From contig JAHQWJ010000014.1 of assembly GCA_029856125.1 (NCBI GenBank), positions 159,085 through 223,084 on the forward strand: 64,000 bases of DNA. Direction: 5' to 3'. The notes beneath the pieces are model-generated. The model was not told the origin of the DNA and did no database searches. It worked only from the letters and a program-made list of their open reading frames with translations. Each line of letters starts with the position of its first letter. Position 1 is the first letter of the stretch. Made by a program: the position numbers and the translations under genes. The DNA comes from Promethearchaeia archaeon (GTDB taxonomy: Archaea > Asgardarchaeota > Lokiarchaeia > Sigyniarchaeales > SOKP01). Positions 28,819 through 38,164 of this stretch are shown piece after piece.

Positions 28819-31800
28819 TTATTGTTTTGGAAGAGTAAAGCTAAATTCAGCCCCAAAATCTCTTCCTTTTGATTCAACCCATATTTTTCCTCCATGTGCT
28901 TCTATAAAACCCCTAGCAATATACAATCCTAACCCCGTTCCTTTATCTAAAGTAGAATATCCATCAGCTCCTTGTTCAATTGTCACGAATTTACCAAAGA
29001 GCTTTTGAATTTCTTCTGGAGTCAGTCCTTGTCCGTTATCTTTTATTTTGAATAGAACTTTTTCATCTTCTTCTACAACAGAGATATCGATTTTCCCATT
29101 CTTGGGAGTAAATTTGACCGCATTTGATAAAAGATTCAAAATAGCTTGCGTAATTCTAAAGTTATCTACTCTCATATTAAGATTTTCTGAGATGTCAATA
29201 TTAACCGTTAAATCTTTCTGGCTAACTTGAAATTCTAAATCAGAAAGACAACTCTTTATCATTTTATGAATGTTTTCTTCTCTTTTAACTAACTCTACCT
29301 TTTTTGCTTCGATTTTCATTACATCTAATAATCTATTAATATACCCATCTAACCGATGTACATTATTCAGAACCCTATTTAAGTCCTCCTTAACCTCCTC
29401 TTTCAATCCCTTTTCCCTTAAAAGGATCAGATCTACATACCCTCCTACTGATATTAAAGGTGTTTTTAAGTCGTGAGCAGCAATGCTAATAAAATCTGTC
29501 TTTAACCTATCTAATTCTTTCAATTCAATATTCTGTTGTCTTAGCATTCTTTCAGATTCTTTTAATTTCTCTTCAGCGAGTTTTTTTTCAGTAATATCTT
29601 GTATTATTGCTAGAATCATTAGTTCCCCGCCTATACTAACGGTAGACAATTCAGATTCAGTCCACATAGCTTTTTTATCTTTGTTATAAATTTTTGTAAT
29701 TTGAGGTCTCATTATTGGATCAGATGGTTCCCCTTTAGACATCAAATCCTGAACCATTCTCAATCCAGGCAATGTTTCTTTGGGAAAAATATCAGTAAGA
29801 GTCAAATATTTTTTATCAATAAGGTCTTCTTCTTGATAACCAAAGAGTTTCGTTGTTGCCTTGTTCATTTCAATGATTTTGCCTTCAAAATTTAAAAGTA
29901 CGATACTAAATGGAGAATTCTCAAATAAATGGCGATATTTCTCCTCTGATTCTTTTAGTTTTTTTTCAGCTCGTTTCCGATCAGTAATATCGTGAAAAGT
30001 AACCGCAAAATATCCTTTTTTCGTTGAATAACTTGAGACGATATACCAACGATCAAGTGGTTCTGAATAATCTTCTGCAGTTAGAGGCTCTCCTGTAAGA
30101 CCTACATTCCCATACCTTCCAATCCAATCTGCAGGATCATTTTCAATTCCGGGCAATACTTCGGTTACAGTCTTTCCGATTATTTCACTTACTTTTAAGC
30201 CAGTCAGTTTTTCAAATTGACTATTTGCTTCTATGAATCTATAATCGATTGGTATGTTATCATCGTTCACTAACACCTCGGAATAGGCAAAACCCGAATT
30301 CATATTTTCAAACAATAAACGATATTTTTCTTCGGATTCTTTTATTTCTTGTTTGGCTAAATTTTGATTTGTAACATCGGTAATAAGAGCTAAATCAGCT
30401 AATCTACCTAAATAATTAATAGTTTTACCGTAAGAATCTATCCATTTAATTTTTCCACTTTTCGTAATTATCCTATAAGAGCTGTACGATGGGAGATCGG
30501 GATCACCCGTTTGTCTTCCCTTCATGTATTCAATGGCTTGTTTTCGATCTTCGGGAAAAATATTGTTTATTAATTCTTTTGGTGTCCATTCCATCATTTC
30601 ATCCGTTGTATATTCATTAATAGCTAACATCGCATTGTTGACATACTTAATGTTGTCATCTTGAATAATTGCTATTCCAATTGTTGAATGTTCAGTAATG
30701 GTCCTAAACTTCTCTTCTGATTCTTTTAACTCTTGTTCAGCTTTCCTACGATTAGAAATGTCTAAGACCGTTACTAAATCTGCAGGTCTACCCATATATT
30801 CAATAGTCTTAGAATAATTGTCCAGCCATTTAATACTTCCCTTCTTATCAAAAATTCGATAATTATATTGGGATATGTAATCTAATGAACCGCTTTGTTT
30901 TTTTCTTAATTGTTCTACAACCCAGTTTCTATCCTCTGGATGAATGCTTTGAAAAATATCCATTGGACTAAATTCTTTTACTTCATCAACATCATAACCA
31001 GCTAAAGTAGCAAATTGTTGATTTACATATTTAATTTTATTATCTTGTATAATCGCGATACCCATTAAAGAACTTTCAGCAATAGTTCTAAATTTTTGTT
31101 CAGACTCTCTAAGCTCCTTAGTTCTTTCTTGTACCTTTTTTTCTAATTCCTTATTTAAAATCTTCAGTTCTTCTTCAGATTTCTGTAATTTTAAGCCGGC
31201 TATTTTTTTTTCAGTGATATCTTGCATTATAACTTGAATAAGCGTTTCGTCTCCCAGCTTAATTTTTGAACTAGTTATATGTATCCACTTTTCTATCCCA
31301 TCTGCTCGTGTCATTTTAAATTCTAAGGCTTTCATTGGTTTGTCTTGAACAAAGTTTTCAAATTTACTCTTAAAAAAAGGAATGAAATATTCTGGTCTTT
31401 CAAGCATTCCTAATACTTCTACAAAATTTTTCCCTACAAGATTTCCTCTCGTGTGTTTCGAGAACATTATGTTTGTAGTTGGATTACAATCAATTAGTAC
31501 GCCATTTAAGTCAACTATCCAAATTGCATAAGGAGAACTTTCAAATAAGTGCCTGTATTTCTCTTCTGATTGTTTAAGCTTAAGTTCTAAGTTAAATTTC
31601 TCAGTAATGTCTTTACTTATCCCATAGAAACCTATTTTTTTACCATAAGATTCTTTATTTAAATAAACGGAGGATTCAACAATGACTTTTGTATTCCCTT
31701 TATCAATGAACTCAAATTGGAAGTGTTCTTGTTGTAAACCAGATTTATAAACCGCATTAAATTTTTTAATGACCTTCCTCTTATTTTCGTCGTCCATAAG

Positions 31801-32439
31801 TTGTTTATAATTTTTACCCATCATTTCGTTTAATGAATAACCAGTCATTTGAGTGAAGGATTTGTTCATATATGTGAAATTTCCTTCTAAATCCACTTCA
31901 AAATATGCTTCTTTTATATTATCAATTATTTGTCTGTATTTTTTTTCAAAAGCTATAGATTTTTGAAACGAAGCTTTTTCGTCCTTAGTTAGGAGTAGCT
32001 TCCAAAATCGGATTTCTTGCATGTTTTCAGCTAATTTTTTAAATTCTTCCTCGTTTTTATTCCATTCTTCTTCCTTCTTTTTGAATTGAGTAATATCTCG
32101 AGTTGTAATCAAATATTTGGTTTCTTGTGCTTCGTTTTTGAATAAGCGCCCTCTAAATTCATAAAATCTGAAGTTATCACCATAACGAACCCTTAACGTT
32201 ACTGCTGCTTGTTCAAGCTTTGACACATTTTGGAGAAAATCCACGCCACGATGAGAATCGTTGGGATGCAAAATGTCAGTTATTTTACCTCCTAAGCTTG
32301 TCAAACCTAAGTTTTTCAAATGAAGATTTTCTGTAGCATATTCAATCTCGTAATCTTTGTTTAAAATAAAGATGGGATCGTCGAGATATTCTTTTAGGAC
32401 GTCCCCTATATTATAGCCAAAATTAGTAGTTGATACCAT
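28819..32439 (-). CDS. Cytoplasmic multi-PAS sensor histidine kinase
   Basis: About seven 'SEEKYR.LFE...DIT' PAS/PAC units; H box AAHDLKTPL; NLLSNAVKF, DNGQG and GTGLGL boxes. Confidence 0.95.
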   Translation of the reverse strand: MVSTTNFGYNIGDVLKEYLDDPIFILNKDYEIEYATENLHLKNLGLTSLGGKITDILHPNDSHRGVDFLQNVSKLEQAAVTLRVRYGDNFRFYEFRGRLFKNEAQETKYLITTRDITQFKKKEEEWNKNEEEFKKLAENMQEIRFWKLLLTKDEKASFQKSIAFEKKYRQIIDNIKEAYFEVDLEGNFTYMNKSFTQMTGYSLNEMMGKNYKQLMDDENKRKVIKKFNAVYKSGLQQEHFQFEFIDKGNTKVIVESSVYLNKESYGKKIGFYGISKDITEKFNLELKLKQSEEKYRHLFESSPYAIWIVDLNGVLIDCNPTTNIMFSKHTRGNLVGKNFVEVLGMLERPEYFIPFFKSKFENFVQDKPMKALEFKMTRADGIEKWIHITSSKIKLGDETLIQVIMQDITEKKIAGLKLQKSEEELKILNKELEKKVQERTKELRESEQKFRTIAESSLMGIAIIQDNKIKYVNQQFATLAGYDVDEVKEFSPMDIFQSIHPEDRNWVVEQLRKKQSGSLDYISQYNYRIFDKKGSIKWLDNYSKTIEYMGRPADLVTVLDISNRRKAEQELKESEEKFRTITEHSTIGIAIIQDDNIKYVNNAMLAINEYTTDEMMEWTPKELINNIFPEDRKQAIEYMKGRQTGDPDLPSYSSYRIITKSGKIKWIDSYGKTINYLGRLADLALITDVTNQNLAKQEIKESEEKYRLLFENMNSGFAYSEVLVNDDNIPIDYRFIEANSQFEKLTGLKVSEIIGKTVTEVLPGIENDPADWIGRYGNVGLTGEPLTAEDYSEPLDRWYIVSSYSTKKGYFAVTFHDITDRKRAEKKLKESEEKYRHLFENSPFSIVLLNFEGKIIEMNKATTKLFGYQEEDLIDKKYLTLTDIFPKETLPGLRMVQDLMSKGEPSDPIMRPQITKIYNKDKKAMWTESELSTVSIGGELMILAIIQDITEKKLAEEKLKESERMLRQQNIELKELDRLKTDFISIAAHDLKTPLISVGGYVDLILLREKGLKEEVKEDLNRVLNNVHRLDGYINRLLDVMKIEAKKVELVKREENIHKMIKSCLSDLEFQVSQKDLTVNIDISENLNMRVDNFRITQAILNLLSNAVKFTPKNGKIDISVVEEDEKVLFKIKDNGQGLTPEEIQKLFGKFVTIEQGADGYSTLDKGTGLGLYIARGFIEAHGGKIWVESKGRDFGAEFSFTLPKQ

Positions 32440-32596
32440 TTTACCTAAAGACCTCTTGAACTTATTAGATATTAAGTTCTTAATTTATATTTTAGTAAAG
32501 ATTTTTAATAATGTTATTCTTTCCAACAACTAAAAGTTGTTATGTAAAAATTATAAGCAAACATATCTAATCTCTTATAAAGTAATAAATAGTATT

Positions 32597-33199
32597 ATGG
32601 TTAATATCGAACCTTCTTTTGAAATCGATGAGAAAGGACGAGTTATCTGTCAATCTCACTCAAGATATCCCTATTTTATTCAACCAGGTAAAACATATTT
32701 TGAGGAAAGAAAGATGGAGAAAGAATTAACATGCCTTACTTGTTCACATTATAAAAATGACGATTGCTATTTTCCTAGGTCTGAAATTGATAAAATAGAG
32801 TTAGATCGGTTAACTAGGTCACTATTTCAATGTAACCTATGCGGAAATAAAATCGACCTCATGCTAACTCTCATGCAAAAGATTTTTTACGAAGTAAAAT
32901 TCAATATGAAAATGCCCTTGGTTTGCTGTAATTGCTATGAGAGTCTAAAAAAGAAGAATTTTAAAGAATATTATAACAAACGAATTTGGGAATCGCTCAG
33001 TTTCTACCTCCCTAGTATCTTTTTACTATTTAATCCTTTTCCCTTTAATGCGATTGCAGTTGTAGGATATGTCGTATTTATTCTTATATCTAAAATAATT
33101 ATTAAGCAAAAGGCTCATTATAGCCTGTTTTTAATGGATATTATAAAGGGAAAAAAGTTTTACGATAAGAATTTTAAGGATAAAATTGAGTTACCCTAA
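32597..33199 (+). CDS. Hypothetical Cys-rich protein with C-terminal TM hairpin
   Basis: CxxH, CxxC (x2) and CCxC motifs followed by two hydrophobic segments; start moved to ATG 32597. Confidence 0.7.
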   Translation: MVNIEPSFEIDEKGRVICQSHSRYPYFIQPGKTYFEERKMEKELTCLTCSHYKNDDCYFPRSEIDKIELDRLTRSLFQCNLCGNKIDLMLTLMQKIFYEVKFNMKMPLVCCNCYESLKKKNFKEYYNKRIWESLSFYLPSIFLLFNPFPFNAIAVVGYVVFILISKIIIKQKAHYSLFLMDIIKGKKFYDKNFKDKIELP

Positions 33200-34300
33200 A
33201 TTTCCAGCCCATCCCCTTACTTTTTTTCGCATTTTCTTTTGTTTTTCGATAATCAAGTCAAGTTCTCGTTTAGACTTGTTTTTTAAATTCTCAATGTCTG
33301 GTACAAATTGATATTTAATAAAACAATTCTTGATTTCTCTTGATATTAATTCTTCAGGAATATTTCGAGGATTTGAACAAAATTCGTCGTAATTTTTCTC
33401 CCATAAGTCAAGAAAACTCTCAATAGATTCCTTATATTCAAAAATAGGCAAAGTTCCCAGATTATTTACAGTTGAAATAGCAACATTTGCCCTCCCTACG
33501 GTAAAACGATTACCGTTAAAAGAAACTGCTACTCCGCCTTCGTCCTTCAATCGTTGGAGCATATTAATGTCGGTGATCGAGTCTCCTAACGCAACCATTT
33601 CAGAAATTGGAATTTTATTCTTTTCTGATATTGCTTCAACGGCTAATTCTTTTCTAACGCCTCCTCTAACTTGAACTTGATTCATTGCATTAATATAATC
33701 TGATTCATGTTTGCTCCAAAAAAACTCGTTTAGATTTTCTAATACTGTGCTTAATTTTTTATTGTTTGCTAAAAATTGCTGGAAGATATTCTTAACTAAA
33801 AAATCTACATCGCTCTTGATATTCAGAAACGATTCCTTTGCCTCTTTTAGGTTTAATTCGGTGCAATATACGTGATCCCGTGGTATGTTTAAATATTTTG
33901 CCACGCTATAAGCAAAATGTGTATAACTTGTCGATATTATGTATATGTCCCATTTCTTCTTAAGAATCGTCATTAATTCTGTACAACCTGGAAGGAGTCC
34001 TAAATTTTGTTCTGCTAAACGAATCAATTCTTTATCTGAAAAACAAGACATATACAAAGGCGCAACTAATCTCAAAGTATCACCTGGTTGGTAATCAGTA
34101 ATATTTAATTCCTCTTTTACACCAGGAACCTCAATAAGATAGTCGTCATACTCAGAAAGCATCTCGAAAAATGTCCCGAAGTCAAAATCTTGTAATTCGA
34201 GAATAGTCTTCTTGTTTAATAATCGACTTAACTCCGCAGCAAAGTCTCTCGTGCTGATCGGACCTTCCAAATCCCAGCAACAAACATTTTTTTCTATCAC
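33191..34300 (-). CDS. HAD-superfamily protein, EhaR-like
   Basis: DLEGPIS, SEYDD, YQPGDTLRL, ISTSY, GDSITD and SFNGN motifs. Confidence 0.8.
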   Translation of the reverse strand: MIEKNVCCWDLEGPISTRDFAAELSRLLNKKTILELQDFDFGTFFEMLSEYDDYLIEVPGVKEELNITDYQPGDTLRLVAPLYMSCFSDKELIRLAEQNLGLLPGCTELMTILKKKWDIYIISTSYTHFAYSVAKYLNIPRDHVYCTELNLKEAKESFLNIKSDVDFLVKNIFQQFLANNKKLSTVLENLNEFFWSKHESDYINAMNQVQVRGGVRKELAVEAISEKNKIPISEMVALGDSITDINMLQRLKDEGGVAVSFNGNRFTVGRANVAISTVNNLGTLPIFEYKESIESFLDLWEKNYDEFCSNPRNIPEELISREIKNCFIKYQFVPDIENLKNKSKRELDLIIEKQKKMRKKVRGWAGNLG

Positions 34301-34424
34301 TTCTGATCAATTTTAGCGTTAATAGAGAAAAAGTAAAGATTTAGGCTATATGAGGTTTACTAAGATTGTTATTAAGATATTATTATATGCAAGAAAATAC
34401 AGTAAAAATTGCACAAGAAAAAGA

Positions 34425-34916
34425 CTACTTTGAAACTTTAAAAATATCTTGCATCGTTCGTTCTTTTTGATTCCTTCTAACTATTTCTCGCCAATTAGGT
34501 TGGATCGTATCAAAAGCGTTTTGAGCTAGTTTGAAAAGCTCGTCATCTGGAGAATCTAAGTAATGACTTATGAATTCTAAAGCTCTTTTATCTTTAATTC
34601 GTGTTAAACTTTCAATAATGAAAATAATCCTTAGTTTATCTGAATTGTTTTCAGGTTTTTTCATTTCTATTTCGAACTTTTCCAATATCCCTAATGTGGC
34701 TCTACCATCGCCAATTCGACCTAACGCTTCTATTATTCTGTTGACTACAACGGGGTTTGTTTCAATTTTTAACGCATGACATAGTAGGTTAACCGATCTA
34801 GCATCTCTAAGAAAGCCTACTTGTCTTGCTGATTCTGCTCTTTTCTCAGGATCTTTATCGTGAAGCATTTGTTTTATTAAATTATTGAAATTTATGTTCT
34901 TAGCTTGCCAAGCCAT
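34425..34916 (-). CDS. HEAT-repeat protein
   Basis: Short HEAT units (IIEALGRIGDGRA, IIESLTRIKDKRA). Confidence 0.8.
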   Translation of the reverse strand: MAWQAKNINFNNLIKQMLHDKDPEKRAESARQVGFLRDARSVNLLCHALKIETNPVVVNRIIEALGRIGDGRATLGILEKFEIEMKKPENNSDKLRIIFIIESLTRIKDKRALEFISHYLDSPDDELFKLAQNAFDTIQPNWREIVRRNQKERTMQDIFKVSK

Positions 34917-35015
34917 AATATATGTAGAATTAAATTCGAAATTATTATAATTTGATCTTTATAAAAAATAATCTTTCGAGTAATTCATTAGATAGTATAA
35001 AATTTGAGCCAGATA

Positions 35016-35060
35016 TTATTGTAAGAGAGAGTTCATGTGATCGATTCTTTTTTGCAATAA
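35016..35060 (-). repeat. Diverged duplicate of the purD 3' end
   Basis: Encodes LLQKRIDHMNSLLQ* versus purD LLQKRIDHMNSLLK* at 35532-35576; differences are mostly synonymous. Confidence 0.9.
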
Positions 35061-35263
35061 CAATTCTCATATCTGGTTGTGACACTTATCAAGCGATTAA
35101 ATATCTATTTCATGCTTTCTTCCTTCATTAGATATGACGAAAAAATTCTCTTTCATATAAGTTTCTTTAATATCTGAAGACTCTAGACTCGTCTCTTTTT
35201 TACAGTATTTTGTATAATTTTTCGTGATCAAAATTCTGGAAAAAAAAAATGATCGATTGTCCA

Positions 35264-35464
35264 TCAATTTTCTTTTTTAATTCTTTTATAATCGGCAACA
35301 CAATAATGCCAGATTGCTTCAATTAAAAAGAATAAAGCTAGATAACCAAACACAGAAGACCACCATTCTAACTTATAATAAGACCAAATTAAAACCAATA
35401 TCATACCTGTAATCAATAAGATTGAGCTATGTACCTCTAGTTTAATTATATCATCCATTTTCAA
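35264..35464 (-). CDS. Small hypothetical membrane protein (2 TM)
   Basis: 66-aa ORF with two hydrophobic segments and GAGGT upstream. Confidence 0.6.
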   Translation of the reverse strand: MKMDDIIKLEVHSSILLITGMILVLIWSYYKLEWWSSVFGYLALFFLIEAIWHYCVADYKRIKKEN

Positions 35465-35531
35465 ACCTCAAGATTAATTTTAATTTTAAAATGTTCCATA
35501 TAATAAATATTCACATGTGCATATTTTGATA

Positions 35532-37871
35532 CTATTTCAAGAGAGAATTCATGTGGTCAATTCTTTTTTGTAGCAATTTTCGCGTCCCAATATCTTTTCT
35601 ATAAAACAATTTGCCACTGATGCATCCAACTCCTTGTTCAGCAACCTTTTCAGCGCTTTCTAAATCGTTAGCAATCCCAATAATCCCCATGGCTCTCGAT
35701 GATGTAGTGTAAATATTTTCACCTTCTCTGTAAACAGATGCGTAGTAATACTTTGCTCCAATTTGTTGCAGTTTCTCCTGATTGATTATTACTAATTCAT
35801 TCTTTTTTGGAGAAGTAGGGTATCCTTCGGGAGCTAAATACTTGCAAACTGTAGCTTTTTTTTCAAATTGGATGACTGGTTTTAAATTACCGTTTATGAT
35901 TCCCATACATATATCGATAAAATTAGTTTTTAAAAGAGGTAAAACGTTCATTGCTTCAGGGTCTCCGAGCCTTGCGTTAAATTCTATTAGTTTAATGCCT
36001 TTAGCAGTTTTAATATACCCCCCATATAAGAATCCTTTATATTCAACTCCCGTTTCTGCCTTAGTCGCCGCTACTACTTTCTTCATGTCTTCTATTGCTT
36101 CGTCTACATCTTCCTGCGATATAAAGGGCATCAAATGGTCTTCCATTGAATAACTTCCCATACCTCCGGTATTGCCTGAAATCGCTACTCTATTATTCCT
36201 TCTTATTACTACAAATCCCGAAGGAACGGTAACACAACCTACATAACCTTGATAGTCAACTCTTTTAATGTCTTTTTTTCTAATCCCAACTTTAGATTCT
36301 GGTTTTATTTCAAGGGAAAAAACTTCGCTAACATCATAGTATTTATTGTTTAATGGGTTTAACATTTTCTTTCTTTTATCAACAGTTATGATTGAAGATT
36401 TTCCTATTTTTATAATAAGCTCTTGGATATCATCTATTAATTTCTTTGAACTAGAAAAGAAACGCTTTCTTCCATAATGAATATTACCATCACCAAGTAA
36501 AAAAGCATTCAAAAATTCTATGAGATGTTCTTTTTTGGCATTTTTGATATAATATGGAACAAATTTTTCTTTAGCCTTTCCAAATTCCTTCAAAATATTT
36601 ACAAGCTGAATTGAGTTGATTCTAAATTTAGAATCTTCTTCTCTATATGAATAATTAAAAGGTAATTTAGACAAAATATCTTCAAATTCTTTAAAATATT
36701 TAGAATTTTTTGTTTGACAGATGTAAACTCTATGTTCATTTCCTTTATCAGTCACATATCCTTCTGATAAATAAAGACCCATAAATTGAATCCAATCATT
36801 AAATTTTATTTCTTGTTTTTTTCTCATACGATTAAATTTATAATCGTATTCATCGATTGCAAAGTATTCTAGAGATTTTCCTTCCCAAATTCCTGTCAGA
36901 AAAATCTCCTTTTCCCCTATAATATCTCCAGCCTCTAATACTTCTATTTTCTCTGACTTTCTGTGTTTTACAAGCATTCTATGATTTGGTGTAACAAGCA
37001 AGTCCAATTCCCGGTGTTTGAAATGCACCATATCTCCATTATATTTCATCCAATGAATTTTCTCAGGTCTTTGAAATTCCAAAATTTTCTTTTTATGATC
37101 GAAAGTCATTACTTTCTCGTTCCTATTTAGCTGATCAAAAGTTTTCCATCCTGTCTCAGTTAGAATTTCTGTATCAGAAGAATAGCAATTTGGACCAGTA
37201 TCGTCTTCATAAGCTCTTTTATGATCTTGAACTAGCGGAGTAGCGACTACATTTTTACCATCAACGAATGTTTGAAGAGTAAATTCTTCTCCATCAACCT
37301 TTTCTTCGAGGAGAATAGAAGCCTTTTGATCGACTAAGGTTTGACAGTAATCTAAAATATCTTGTTTAGAAAAAAGATGATCTCCATAGACTTTTACACC
37401 TTTTCCTCCAGTCAGTCCATCTGGTTTAACTACTATATTTTCTTCCCCTAAATCTTTGATAAAACTTTCTACATTTTCCATTGAATTGAAACTTTTACTT
37501 ACAATATTGGATGTTATTTTATATTTTTCCAAAAGATTACGCGTAAAGATTTTCGAGCCTTCTAATTGAGCGGCTTCAATTCTAGGACCGATACAGGGAA
37601 TTCCGCTCTTTTCCAAAGCATCAACAATACCAACGACCAGAGGTGCTTCTGGGCCAATCACGGCGAAATCTATGCTATTTGCCTTGGAAAAATCAATAAT
37701 TTCCTGAAAATCTGTTTCAGAGTGAATTTTTATCTTTCCTTGGCTTAAGTCTTCCAATCCAGCATTTTTAGAGCTCATGAACGCGTATAAAGTAGCTCCA
37801 TCCCTTACTAAAGTCTCCCCTATTACGTGTTCTCTGGCTCCATGTCCGATGATAAGAGTTTTAACTGTCAA
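35532..37871 (-). CDS. purD: Phosphoribosylamine--glycine ligase, intein-containing
   Basis: GHGAREH, GPEAPLVVG, QLEGSK, KPDGLTGGKGV, QDHKR, GPN|TGGMG and EFNARLGDPE motifs; 440-aa extein after removing the insert. Confidence 0.96.
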   Translation of the reverse strand: MTVKTLIIGHGAREHVIGETLVRDGATLYAFMSSKNAGLEDLSQGKIKIHSETDFQEIIDFSKANSIDFAVIGPEAPLVVGIVDALEKSGIPCIGPRIEAAQLEGSKIFTRNLLEKYKITSNIVSKSFNSMENVESFIKDLGEENIVVKPDGLTGGKGVKVYGDHLFSKQDILDYCQTLVDQKASILLEEKVDGEEFTLQTFVDGKNVVATPLVQDHKRAYEDDTGPNCYSSDTEILTETGWKTFDQLNRNEKVMTFDHKKKILEFQRPEKIHWMKYNGDMVHFKHRELDLLVTPNHRMLVKHRKSEKIEVLEAGDIIGEKEIFLTGIWEGKSLEYFAIDEYDYKFNRMRKKQEIKFNDWIQFMGLYLSEGYVTDKGNEHRVYICQTKNSKYFKEFEDILSKLPFNYSYREEDSKFRINSIQLVNILKEFGKAKEKFVPYYIKNAKKEHLIEFLNAFLLGDGNIHYGRKRFFSSSKKLIDDIQELIIKIGKSSIITVDKRKKMLNPLNNKYYDVSEVFSLEIKPESKVGIRKKDIKRVDYQGYVGCVTVPSGFVVIRRNNRVAISGNTGGMGSYSMEDHLMPFISQEDVDEAIEDMKKVVAATKAETGVEYKGFLYGGYIKTAKGIKLIEFNARLGDPEAMNVLPLLKTNFIDICMGIINGNLKPVIQFEKKATVCKYLAPEGYPTSPKKNELVIINQEKLQQIGAKYYYASVYREGENIYTTSSRAMGIIGIANDLESAEKVAEQGVGCISGKLFYRKDIGTRKLLQKRIDHMNSLLK
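36171..37187 (-). mobile_element. Intein with LAGLIDADG homing endonuclease (339 aa) in purD
   Basis: Starts CYSSDTEILT (block A); VTPNHRML (block B TxxH); FMGLYLSEG and FLNAFLLGDG (LAGLIDADG helices); ends ISGN followed by Thr at +1. Confidence 0.95.
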
Positions 37872-38164
37872 ATTTTATACTCTCTTCTATTTGAATTTCT
37901 TATGAGTATTAAGATTATAATTGAATTTAAAATGTTTTACATCAAATTTAAAGTAATTATTAATGAAAGATTATAAAGTCTACTGCGCTGATTTCTCGCT
38001 TAAAAAATATAAATTTATTAAAAGTTTAAAAAATTGGTTAATATTTATCTAATCTGACTTTTATTAAACGAGAATGTAATTAAATATTTAATTAAACTCT
38101 TCATTCGAAACTTTGATATAGGAATTATCTTATGTAAAATTAAATTTAGGATGATATAAGCAAT

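Noticed and set aside
33191-34300. Energy-converting hydrogenase operon
   Set aside because: Only the EhaR-like HAD protein is present; there are no hydrogenase subunits in the window.
35097-35231. Short minus-strand frame (LITKNYTKYC...HEIDI*) inside the purD-bracketed insert
   Set aside because: About 44 codons, with no SD and no motif; cannot be distinguished from chance.
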